Positions 11,592-24,800 of a stretch of DNA of 64,000 bases are shown here, in pieces. Within the stretch, counting starts at the first letter, position 1; every line of letters starts with the position of its first letter. The notes under the pieces are model-generated. The model did not search any database and was not told the origin of the DNA. It saw nothing but the letters and a program-made list of their open reading frames with translations. A program made the position numbers and the translations under genes. The stretch comes from Paragordius varius (Eukaryota; Animalia; Nematomorpha). The DNA is taken from contig OZ176054.1 of the NCBI GenBank assembly GCA_964247055.1, positions 2,108,001 to 2,172,000 on the forward strand. The letters are read 5' to 3'.

Positions 11592-13919
11592 GAACTCACA
11601 AAGTATTAATGTGAAAAAATAGATTTAACTGAATGATTTGTATCAAAATGTTTCCATACACTCTATTATAGCAAATAATGAATTGACCGTTTTTATCAGG
11701 CAACTGTACTTTTATACACCTAATGTAGCATGAAAACACGATTTTTTAATTCTGGACAAATGAAAAAATGTGCACACTGTAACATACAAAGATATCAACG
11801 ATAACGATCTATAAATATTGTATATGTGGTAACCAATTTAGGAAGTTTAAAATTAATTATTAATTCCTTTATCCATAAAGAACCCACAAAAAATCTATTG
11901 ATCAGTATCGCGTAAAAATCAATATGGGGGCAGTGCGTTTAAGTTGTTTGTTAATTAATACTCTTTTCATTTATGATACAAATCCTAATGATTTACTTGA
12001 TTGAAATTTCCAGGAAATAATTTCCAGTTTTGGCCATTGTAGCTAAAGTTCCACTAATGAATCAAAATGTTGCAGTCAAGAGTTTTTAAAAATTAGTTTG
12101 TAAATTTTACCCTTGAAAAAATTGAATTAAAAGTAAATATATAAGTCCAGTTTTGAAATCACAAAAAATCTAGCTAAAAAGCCTAAGTATCCCTGAAGTT
12201 TTTAAATATCTTGAATCCAAAAAATACATTTATCTAAAACACTTATCACGCATAAACTTAAATGTTAGCCTTGTAATGTATTAGGTAAATTATTTTATTT
12301 CTGTTTGGTCAGAGTTTAATGAAATGTTTTTGAAATAGCTTAAAAAATTGCATGCGAAAGTCTTGCGCCATTCACATTTCAATGGAAATTTATATTTCAA
12401 TCATGATTGCGGTATTAGCCAGGGGTTTTGCTTATTTGCTTTTGGGCCAAGGTGGGTGGAATGTTGAAAAAATATATTGAAATCATTTTTCTTAAAAATA
12501 AAATACCATAAAAACCCGAATAACTATTAAAAATTATGAGCATTTTGAGTTATACAGTTTCAACAGAAAAATCTCAAACATGCACAGATCCTCCACATGT
12601 AAAATACAAAAAGCTATTTAAGATTATTTAATAATATTGGCACAAATAACAAATTGAATACAACAAATCGAAAGTAAACCATTTACTTTTTTTCGAAATC
12701 GTTTTGAGACCAAAAAATGTAGATAAAAAATCCTAAAATGTTTTCCGCAACCGCGGTTCCCAAAGCTATTTTTTCCATTTTAAGGACAAAATATATTTAT
12801 CATTAGAGAAAGGTAGCAATCAATATAACTTTGCTATTTTCAATTTTATCTTTTTTGGTTATAAAGTCACTTAGTTACGCTCACTGTGAATTATTCGAAA
12901 AATGAAATTAATAATCAAAACAACTTAACCAAAAAACAATAAAAATCAAAACTAAACAAACCTAACTAGTTGTTTAGAACCATCAAAATCGAAATTATAA
13001 CGGTAAATATTTCAATCCTTGAAGATAAAGCTAAAATTTTTATAATATAAAACCACGCGGTTTTTCAATTTGAACCTTAAGTAAAAACGATAATTTTTAA
13101 AAAACAAATAAATACACACATACTTATTGAAGGTCAAGGCTTGACATTACAATCATACCACACTCACTTTATATATTTCATACTAAAAAAGTCTAATAAA
13201 TAATTTTGAACCAAAGATATAATATACATGGCTGGCTTGCTTTATCCATAATATCCGTTTTTTGTAACAAAATCCATTTGAGTCATATTTTGATTTTTAG
13301 CATTTAAGAAATTTTAGTAATAAGAGATTTTTTTGTGATAATTACTTTAATTTGGTCATTTAAGTCTTAGAAAGGGGCAATTAACTAAAGCCTCTCTATT
13401 GTATCATACAGGAATTCAGAATTTTTTTTGGTTGTAGAATGGTAGTATAGTTTTTATCGATTTTTTAATTATTTTATTAGTGTGCTTACACTCCTATTGT
13501 CTTTATTCTATTAATAATATGATTATTGGTGACAAAATCGACCTATACACCAGCTATTGATTGAATTAGATTATTTGTATTAATATATTTATTCAAAGTG
13601 CTTTATAAAAGGAAACCATTAAATATTACGCTTGCACTAGAAAATATTTCTATAAGTATTGCAATTTTTTAGTAAGCTTCTTGAAAATCAAAATAAATAT
13701 TGTGAAATTACTTTGAAATCTGATGCAACTAACCTTTTAAAGTTCACCATTGAACAAAAAAACTGTATAAAACAATAAATTTTAATATAAAATCCAATTT
13801 TTTCCCTGTATAAAATGTGAGGTCTCTGCCATCCAATTGACCTAAAAATGTTGTTTAAAAAATTTTTGACTAAAAATATGTATTTTATAAAAAAAATCTT
13901 GAAAAAACTAAATATTTTT

Positions 13920-13952
<33 letters not shown>

Positions 13953-14561
13953 AAAATATGTAATATATGGTAATGTGGAAGTAGAAATATATATCCAATA
14001 AAATGCAAAATTGAATATTAAAATCGATAATTTAAATGTAATGAGACAGACAGAGAAGTGATAGATAGGGAATATGAATGCAAAAAAAATGATACAAATA
14101 TATTTTTTATAGGCTCTCACATACAAATAACACATTATTTATTCATTTTATTATTAAAATAAAATAAACTAAAATATATACTTATATATTTCAAATGAAA
14201 TAAACATATAAGGCATACGAAAAAGCAGTCATAACTAAAAACAATATATATATATATATAATCCATTTTATTAATGAGACTACTTTTATAGAAAAAATTA
14301 TTTTTCGCTGTTTTTCTATCTATTTTTCAAGTTGTTAAAGCATCCTTAAAAAACTTATAAAACTAGTCAAATATTCCAAATCACTCAACTTAAATATTTT
14401 CGGCCAACATTTAAAACTTTGTTAACATATTTTTGCCTCAATATTTTTCTATTGAACTAAAAGTATTTTATTTTCCATATATGTTAAAATTCTAACCTTG
14501 ACCGCTTTTGAAATCCTAAAAATAAAAACATAATCTTGAAATTTGTTGATTCTGAATAATT

Positions 14562-17500
14562 ATGGAATTCGTGGCAAAACAAATGTTATCGAGCAAATTG
14601 GGTGGAGTTAAAGGTAATTTTGATTTTTATCAAAAAACTCCTTTTTTATCTAAAATGTATTTTTATAAAGTGGAAAACCCAAATTTCTAGGCTTCAATTT
14701 ATAATAATTTTATAAGAAATTTGCTTTATATATATATCAAAATGTCCAACAAATTAGGATCTGTCCTTGCTATTCAATTACTCTATAAAAAAGTGTTTAA
14801 AGTGATAATTATTGCCATGATAACACATATTTATACTATTGATAAAATCAAATTTTTATCCTATTAGGCACGCAATCCAGCTTATTCAACTTAGAATTTA
14901 TTATAAAATCAAAATATGTTTTAAATCCTAGCTTTTTAAAAAAAATACAATAATTATATTAGATATATTTTTACCATTAATATTTCATGATGGTCAATTT
15001 ATAAAAAATTTCTCCGATGATAAGATAAAAACAACTAATAATTATATATATATAAGCCTTATAAACGAATATTTAATATAAATAATTAAATTAAAATTAA
15101 TTAATATTTCAGTAAAAAATATTGTTTTCGGCACACAAAACATTTTTTACAAAGTAAATTTGAATTCCCCAAAGAATAAAATTGTCACATAAAAATAATT
15201 TTATAAAAATTTGATCAAAAGAAAAAAAAATGCTTTTTTATCTTGAAATATTTTTTAAGTTTTTTAGAACATGGACAAATATTTTTACTCTAAGTTAATT
15301 CTAATATTCTCTTTGAACCTATTAAATGTCCTTGACAAACGACAATTATTATAGTTAAATATATATGTAAGATCTCAAAAAATAATTATTTTTAATTCAT
15401 TTGTTAAATTTTAAAATAATTAATTTGATTTATACCACTATTCTATTTATTATTTTAGGGGATTCAATTTTTAGTTAAACCATAAAAATTTGAGATACTC
15501 TTTTAATATGGACAAAAGTTATGTAAAATTTTGGTATGACACTAAGTGGAATACTGAATATCATTACAAATTTCATTTTTTATCCAAAAAATTATGGAAG
15601 TAAAGAGGACGTATTTAAATATTTTTTGATAAAATCCAAAAATATATACCTCAAATGATAACTTAGCATTATATAATATTGATAATAACATCATGGCTAT
15701 CTTGTCTTCTAGTTAAATACTATGTCATTGTATATTATCAAATGCGTAATATCTCTTAAAATAGATTTATTATTCAGTGTCCGTAGAGTTGTCATTTTTT
15801 GACATAAGATAAAATATTCCAGATAAGGAGAATGGCTATAGAAAGAGTAAAAGATCTCATGCATAAACCAGCTAAATAAATAATTTTAAACTGCAAACGA
15901 ATGTTACAAAGCCAAATGTAGACATACATACGTTTTTTGGATAGATCATAAATTCTTTTTAAAAAGTCGTAAATAGTTTACATTAAACATAACCATTAAA
16001 AATGAAATTTCAAGATTGGTACCAGTTTTTTTAAACCCTCAACGATTTCGAAAATTTTGTTTAAACAGAAAGTGCGGTTTTAAACGGTCTTCCCAATTTC
16101 TTCTTTTGCTTTTATTTTTGTACGATGTGTTTTACATTTAGAGGAGTAGATACACCAAATTTCCTGTTTTTATTTGGTTATTTAGCTTTATCTTTGTCTG
16201 AAAATATACTATTTTCAGCCAAAACAACATTTTTTTCAAGCAAACGCAACATTTTTTCATCCAAACGTAAAAACGTAAAATTTTATCAAGCAAACGCAAC
16301 ACTTTTTTAAGCAAAGACAACAAGCGTTCGCTTGTGCTTTTTTGTAATATAACTTGTTTTAAACTGCTGTTAACACTATAATTTGCATAATTTACAATTA
16401 TTAAATGGTTTATATAGGAAAATTAAGGTTTGAAAAGTATGGTTGGCTTTTGAAAAAAATATTTGTCTTTTGTATATTAACGTTTTGTCTTTATAATTTG
16501 GAATTTTACTGCATAATTTAACATAATGTGCGCGGATTTGCGATTTTCCAATTTCGGCTAATTTAGAAAATAGTTTTCTGAACTTGATAACTCCAATAAG
16601 CCATACATACATCTTATAGTAGCTCAATTAATACAAAATTACAATAATGTTTTTGGGTTTTTTTGTACCAGGCAAACAAACATTTTTCCATTATTTTGTT
16701 TAAGTCTGCAGTCATATATAACCAAATAATATTAATTTACAGCCCTCGTAATTTTTCTTAAAAAGTAACGGATTGCCTGATTACACATTATATATGTATA
16801 TTTTATCTTTTATTACTAACTATAACTATAAAAAAATATCTAAAATATAAAACGTATTTCATTAGTTTTGGGAACTTATTATGTTGGCAAGAAGGTAAAG
16901 TAATGAAATATATGGGTATTAATCCATATTTTTTTTATTTTAAACATTCATAATGCTGTAAAACTACTATTTATTTTAACGATTCGCTAGTTCATTGCCA
17001 AAATTCGGAAAGATTTATTTAGAAAATTTGTTTAAGAAAATAATTTTTTTACTTAGATTCCGTAAAATTTTGCATTTAAAATTTCTCACGGGCTGTAGAA
17101 TTTTTGAGGACCGCGTGCTAAACACCTATGGTCTAGGCGTTGTTGTAAAATTGACATGGAAAAAACATCTGGTTTTATTTAGATTTTAAAATTTAATTTG
17201 GACATATGAACCCAGAATTTATATCTATATAAAGGAGAAAACACTGGTCAAGTCAAAATATTCGTTAACAGAAGTAGTTTTTTCTTGATATTTTAAAAAA
17301 TGTGTCGGGCAGTTGCGATTTTAACGTGAAAACGAGATCGTTAGGATTTATTTCATGGAATTAAAATATATAAACAAAAAATGTATAGTGCTTTGCAACT
17401 AAACTCTTGCATATTATTTGGAAGGCATGAGCTTATATTTTATATAAAAAATTTTACCCAAGGAAGCACAAAAAACTAATTTTAATTTTGGCCAAGCATG

Positions 17501-19594
17501 AAAATCTGGTTAATATTCTCGGTTGCGCAAACCTCAGGTTATTGGAGCAGTTTCCGAATCGCAATCATTTTTTTGGCACAATTCGTATGTTGTAATTTTC
17601 ATATTCATTTAACAATATGCTAATTTTAAACTTTTTTAACGAATTAAGGCTTAATTCATAAGCTCGATCACATTTAATTGATTTTTTTCTCTTCAAAAAT
17701 TGTCATTTTAGTTTAGGTGGGAAGATCTTAGGACTTTTTATATGCGTATTACGTTTAAGCAAAATAAAATAACTAAAAGTAAAATTAATTTATTTTAAGG
17801 TGACTAATCATATTATAATAAAAATTTTCAGCTTCGATAAAACCTCTTAGATCAAAAGGTTTATAACATTTTTTTCAATAACCAAAGAATACTAACATTT
17901 TATTATAGCCATTAAATAGAAACGTGTAAGCTTAGAATCATAAAAATGATATTTTTTTCGTGTTAAAAACGATAAAAAAATTATAAAATCAATCATTTGG
18001 ACAAATAGAGAAACGAGTAGTCCTTCAAATTTATATTGTCATTTTATTAATGTCCATAGCCTTTTTATTAAGAAAGAAAAACCTTAACAATTTACAACTA
18101 TCCAAAATTATTTCGCGTTTTCAAACTTAAATACTATAAAACCTTTTATTTATCATTATTTGTAAAGGCATGGAGATGCTGTTAAAAAATAAAATAATTA
18201 AATTGAATTGGATTTTTATCCAGTATACAACATTTTAAGTGAAATAATCGTACTTTATACGATGATATATCATAAATTTGTAATATTAAGATAAATTTCT
18301 CGAAAAGAGTTTATTATAACCATTATGTGTTACAAAATATTTTGATTGATTAAAAAAATTTTAAGTTAAAAATAATAATTTCTTTTGATGTTATATCTTT
18401 CTCAAACATAATAATAATCTGCAATTTTTCGGACATTTGTTGAAAAAACAAACCTAATGAATTGAAAAAAAGTCTTCCATTTACCATTAATTTTAAGAGG
18501 AATAATCCATTATTTTGTAATAATGTAAAAAAATATATATATGACAATTATTTATACAAAATTTTTTAAAGCTCTTACATCGATCAAAAATAATATTCTA
18601 CGCAATCTTAATATAATAATTAAAATGTGTTTTATGTAATCAATCAAATCGTTCTTTATATAATTGTAACGGAACCTGACTGGGGTTCCACATAAATTTT
18701 TTTGCCCTGGTAATAATTTTGAGGAATTTTTTGAAAAAAATTGGCCCTTTCGATTGTTAATATTCAAAATCTTAGTTTCAGCACCATTGTTTTTCGAGTT
18801 AAATGGCTATGATTTTATTCCGTATTTTACAGATTTATTATTTTCTGAATGGATGCCCAAAGATATTAACATAAAAATATTGTGTTTCAAATAAAAAAGT
18901 AAGAACAAATTATATTTTTTAGAACTGTTTGAAACCGCGATTCTGGTAGGTAGAAAGCTTAAGCGTTTATATATATATGTATATATAATTAAAAGTAATA
19001 GAATATGGTAAATTTTGAGTTTTGTAAACAACAGCGCTTTAAAGATAAAATTAAATGTTTAAAATAAACACAAGATATATGTTTGGAAAATATTTATTAA
19101 ATTTTGTGCAAACAACTTAGGTGGACTAGATAAATTAACGTCCGATAAAGAACCGACAGAGGAAGAAATTAAACGGGCCGAGGAAATTGAGGAGGCCCGC
19201 AAAGAAGCCGAAGAAAGACGGAAAGAAAAACACAGAAAAATGGAAGCCGAACGGGAAGATATGCGTCAAGGAATAAGGGACAAAGTAATTTTTTTAAAAA
19301 TTTAAACTTTTTATATTCGTGTTTTGTTTTTATACATAATTGGGTTTTAATTTAATCCTAGAATGAGATTGTAGATTAGTAACGTATCCAAGAAGTTATA
19401 TCCGAGGAGCTTTTGAAACCTTTAACACTCGTCTGCCTGACCAGGGCTAAGAGGGATGCCAAAAAATAGCATACACACACATCGTAAAAGACTCAGGAAT
19501 TATTAAGTTTTAAAACAAATTAGGTCAACAATTTTTATATAAATGTTGAAACGGTTTGATATATTAATTTTGGGGTTTTATAATTGAGCTATGG

Positions 19595-19632
<38 letters not shown>

Positions 19633-20448
19633 GTTATTTAAATATTATTAAGCAATGCATATGTTGAAAATGAATAAAAATAGGTTTTGTCTGCGGAAAT
19701 CAGTTTAGTATATTTTTTTTATAGAAAGGGGTAAAATTAACCAAATACTGGGTTTTTTTTAGCATTCATGGCTTAATCCATATTATTAAAAATTATAGTT
19801 TTGTCAATCTTTATTTTTTGCTCAATTAAATGTAAGCGAATGGAAATTAATCTTTTGAAAATTGTTTAAAACTCGATTAATAATATGACCGTAAGTATAT
19901 TTTTTGTTACAATATATTACCAGTTATTTTATTTTGGTATACACAGTACAATTTAAAGAAAAAAGAAGTCTCGATAGATGAAACCTTGACCACAGATACC
20001 ATGTCAACTGCCGGTGGCTTAGGTAGAAAAAAGAAAACTCAAGAGGAATTAGCACGAGAAAATCAATTAGCTTTGGATGATGGTAGTTATAAAAAATACG
20101 ATAGTTATATACAGTTATAATTCTACTTCTATTTTTTAAAAATCTTACTTTAAAATTCAGTTTAACTGTAAGTAAACTATTATTGGTGGGCGTAAAAATG
20201 CAAATATGCGAAAAAAAATCCGCACAAAAAAGGTTTAGGTGTATGCACTTAAATTTTTATATTTTGATTCGCGATAAAAGGCATTTTTAGTTATAATTAA
20301 TTTTTTAATCTATTTATCTTGCAATTTAATTTTTGAAATTTTTTCCTTTATATTAGATAAACCAATCATGGATCAAATCGGTGATCAAATTAATCATTTA
20401 ACAGATCGCACTACCAAACTCATCAATGAACAATGTACAATTTCGTAA
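14562..20448 (+). CDS. cpx: Complexin (147 aa); exons 14562-14613, 19121-19284, 19947-20082, 20357-20448
   Basis: N-terminal MEFVAKQML, central helix EEARKEAEERRKEKHRKMEAEREDMRQGIRDKYNLKKK, LGRKKKTQEEL, and C-terminal CTIS (CAAX). All junctions are GT-AG and phase-compatible (444 nt total). Confidence 0.93.
16205..16321 (+). repeat. Degenerate ~21-bp tandem repeat behind a TATA|CTATTT end (probable fragment of the family-B group)
   Basis: About 5 imperfect units resembling ATTTTTTCAAGCAAACGCAAC, directly after TATACTATTTT. No partner end found. Confidence 0.45.
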
Positions 20449-21871
20449 AAAACTCACTCAACAATCTGTGCATATTATATGTAAAAATTTTAAGAAACTA
20501 CATTCCAAAATATATTGTATTTTGAATTTTTTTTCATTGTATAAAAACAATCAATTGTAAATTTCTGATTATGAATGAAAAATTTAGCAATTTTAATTAA
20601 TTTTTAACAAAAGTATATTAGTATATATTGTGTTATTATATATTCGCATATGCATTATTTTTTTGGGTGAGGTTTACGAATCGCTTTGTAAAAAGATACT
20701 TTATCCGACAATATAATCATGCCCATGTCAACTCAAAACATCTTTTTTTGAAAAAAAAAACCGATTACATAATGTGATTATAAGAAACCAAATATTAATA
20801 TTAATATATCAAAAATAGTCTCTCAAAATTATTCAATAAATTAGTACAAATATCATAAATAAATTTATTATGACAAAAAAACTTGAATGGGGACATTTAA
20901 AGATGTTTTCTACTTTGGCATGTGAAATCTATTCTTTATAACAGAGTTTGGAATTTCACAAATTAAAAAAAACATGCTCACAAAATCATAATAAAATAGA
21001 TATTTCCTATACAATTTATTTTACTAAATTAGTCCATCCAATTTGGCAAGAACTAGAAAAGATTGCTATATTGTTTTTGCATTTTTGATTTAAAACTTAG
21101 ATCAACGCTTAAAATTTGGATAAAATTCTGTAAAATATAAAATTTTCATAAAAGTTTCCACCGAAATATTGAATGATAATAAAAACAAAAACTACCGATA
21201 GATAGTTAAATATGGATTCGATTTGGAATTTAAAACTTAAAATACGCTGAAGGTTATGCAAAATAGTTTTTTTTGGAAATGCCAAAAATAAAACCAAATT
21301 TTCTTTTTTTTGGAGGAATGTACTACAAAAATTTATTTATAAGTTAAATATTATGAATAACATATAATTAATCAATTTATGAATATTGATAATTTTACAA
21401 TCATGGATTGCATATAATTTTGATTTCGAATGTATAGATAATAATGTATATCTATATCTATATAAAATATCAATTTAATTAAAAAAAGTATTCGTTTAAT
21501 CGCAATTTTGTTGTCGGGAAAAGCACCAAAATACAATATTAATTTAATTTATATAAGTAATTAAAAACTATGTTTTTGCACATTAAAAACAATTAAATAC
21601 CGGAATTTTGAATCGAAAAATTAAGGTAACTTATAAAAATGGAAATACGTTTTTGATTTTAACAAATCTGGCCCCCAATAAATTGTTTAAAATTGTGGAA
21701 TGTATGTGTAATATAACATTAAATTCAAACAATAATAATAATTTTGAATAATAAAAAATGTTATCTATAAAAATTATATATATACATATATATAAATAAG
21801 CATTTTATAAATTTCAAATAATTGGACACATTAAAAAATATAAAATTTTTTAGTATTTCCAAAAGTGTTTG

Positions 21872-24800
21872 TTACATTTGCTGTAAAATCTCATACTTTT
21901 CTTTCAAGGGTCTCGTATCGATTTTATGATCTTTTTTGCGCCGGGCATCAGAAATTAGTCGTTCTTTCAATTGACTTGCCGATAGGTTCCATATTCCATC
22001 TCCTTCTTTATTATCATTTGAATTATTATTAATATTATTTGGAGTTAAAATTGCATTTTCTTTATCGTAGTAATGTAATTTATTTTGTTGATCAATTACA
22101 TCGATACTTCGTGGGTTCGTTTGAGACAAGGGTATATTGGAGTTTTTGTCAACTAAAGAATTGTTTTGGAAAGATTCTGTTGTTGAAGAGTTATTGGCCT
22201 GAGATTTTAAAGAGTAGGGTGCAGTAACCATATCATGATGTATCGACGAATCCTAGAAAGATATTGATAGAAATAATTTTAATTATGTTGTTTAATATTA
22301 TTATTTTTTTAGCAAATCGATAATTGATAAATGCTTTATTAAATGTCTATTTCTAAATTTTCAAAATGCTAGAAAGAAATGTAATTTAATTGTAAAGCAA
22401 ACTATAAAAGCAATTAGTTAATGCTTAATTCTGCAATTTTAACAATAGATATGTAGTGACCTTCACGAAACGCAACATAAATAAAATGGATATATTCTAA
22501 TAAAAATATCTTTCAAGTGGATTGATGAAGCAAAAAGCATATAAGAATGGTCAATTACATTACATAACATTTTAATGATAATTTATTGGCTTATGACATA
22601 AGTAAATAGTATATCTCACTGACTAGATATATATAATACGACCTTGACTGGAATGCCTCCTTAATAATCGCTAATTTTTGATAGATATATTTTATTATAT
22701 ACTAAAGACTTAATCCCAAATTCGTTCAAAAATTTAAAGAGGCAGAAGGATTATATACTTTCTTACAAAAATCAGAAAACAACAAATTAATAGCATTTGA
22801 TTTATATAGACCTACATCATGTGAATATTCTGTTAATATAGAAATTCATTTATATACAATTACAGCATACATTTATTTCCTATTTTAATATAGTTTAAAA
22901 GCCTCATTAATATGAATAAGTTTCTTATAGACTTCTACTTTTCAGTGATTCGAAAACTTCAAATTTATTTAAAATTGTCAACCAAGATAATTATTAATAT
23001 TTTTTACAGAAAAAACCTTTTCTAGATTTTAATTTGTTACGTCGCTTATCATAATTTAAAAAAATTTAATATTTTGGATTGATAATAATAATTATTCATA
23101 CACGTTTTTAACTTTTTACTAGTTTTTGACAAGTTTTAAAATCCAAATATTTAATCATAAATTTTAGATTTATTAAAGCCAAAATTAAAATACCTCTTGA
23201 TGTCCCGTTAAGCTATTTCCTGGAATATCAGGATTGCTATTGTCATTTCTATTGCCACGAGGAGAGGAGTTATTTGCATTGTAGTTATAACTGGTACTTA
23301 GGACATTATTATGTTCATCTTTACCATGATGATCCAGCTTACACCTATGTTGATGCAGATCAGCTGTTTGCAAAGGCATATTTTCTCGAGAAAATCTATC
23401 ATCAACTTTTTCTGGAGAGACGTACGGACTTTGATACCGATATTCTTTTTCGTATTGCGTTGTCGATGTTATTACGGTGGTTGATGTTGTGATTTTAATT
23501 TCTTTTATTCGACTACTATTGTATGCCCCATAACTATTCCCTCCATCGTTTGTCTAGATCGAAATTGTAAAAGATAAATATATATAAAAATGGAAAAGTA
23601 TTGGACAAATAATATTTTTTTTGGAATATCTATCGATAAATATTTTACAGATTAGAAAAGCTTTTAAAGAATAATTTGTTACAATATGGATAAAGTTTTT
23701 CGCTTAAACCAAACATAATTTGGAAAATGCTATAAAAAATAAAGCTAAATGATGAAATGATCAAAAATATTAAATATTTAACTTATGATTACTAAATATA
23801 AATATATTAATAACTAACTAATTTATATCCTAATTACTATATATATATATATTATACTATGATCACATATGTTGAATGATTGATTAGGTATAATAATAAA
23901 AAATATTGGGCAATTATCTAGTTTTTTGCATTTGTATAAGAGCATTAAAATCTGGAAAACATATAAATTAATCCATTACTTATTATAACATTATAACTAA
24001 ATCTGACAAAAAACACCAATAATTCCAATATATATATATATATTTCTATGTAATCACATTTTCACTAAAAATGTATGTTTAATATTTTCTAGAGTTATTA
24101 AGGGTATTATGTAAAACATCATGAGGTCCGTCTCCAATAATGGTTCCAAAACCAGGACTTTGTCTGATTGGTACGTGTTGAGGTATCGCAACATTGTCAT
24201 TTCTTTCCCCTTCAATCGACGATTGTTGAGATTTTATGTAGGCCGGATTCATCATTTTTTGTGACATAAACGTATTTGACGAATCAGCACTTTTTGAACC
24301 ACGTCTCCATTCAGGAGTCCTCTCAGCCGCAACATTCAAAACTATCTTTGATGAAGTGGGAGTTGAAATATCGAAATCGAAATTATCATTTTTATAATTT
24401 GTATTATCATTGCAATGGGCACATGAAAGTTTTTTGCGTGGGAAATTTTGAGTGTTTTGCATTGCACATTGTTCAGGGGGTAAGCTGCCGTGAGAAGTAC
24501 TCATTATTCCAAAACTTTGATGATTATTAGTGTCTCCACTAAATGATGTTAAACAAATAATTATATATATTAATAAATGTAATTAATGACTTGCTTGGAA
24601 ATTTAACAATTTTACTGAGATAAAGTACGTGATTGTTAAATAATGTTAGAAAACGGCATAAAATCCGGAATGTTAATAAAAAAATTAATCCAAAAAATAA
24701 CTTTTAGTTTTCAAAAAAACCGTATTTGACTCACAAACGCGAAAAAGGGCCTAATTCAAACAACTATCCTTCCTATTTTAAAGTCGTAAGTACATGATTA

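Noticed and set aside
22480-22890. Coding-like plus-strand stretch in the last NHERF intron (...[28 protein letters not shown]...)
   Set aside because: It is interrupted by stops and has no recognisable family motif. It may be a decayed TE or viral fragment, but needs a tBLASTx/HMM search to say more.
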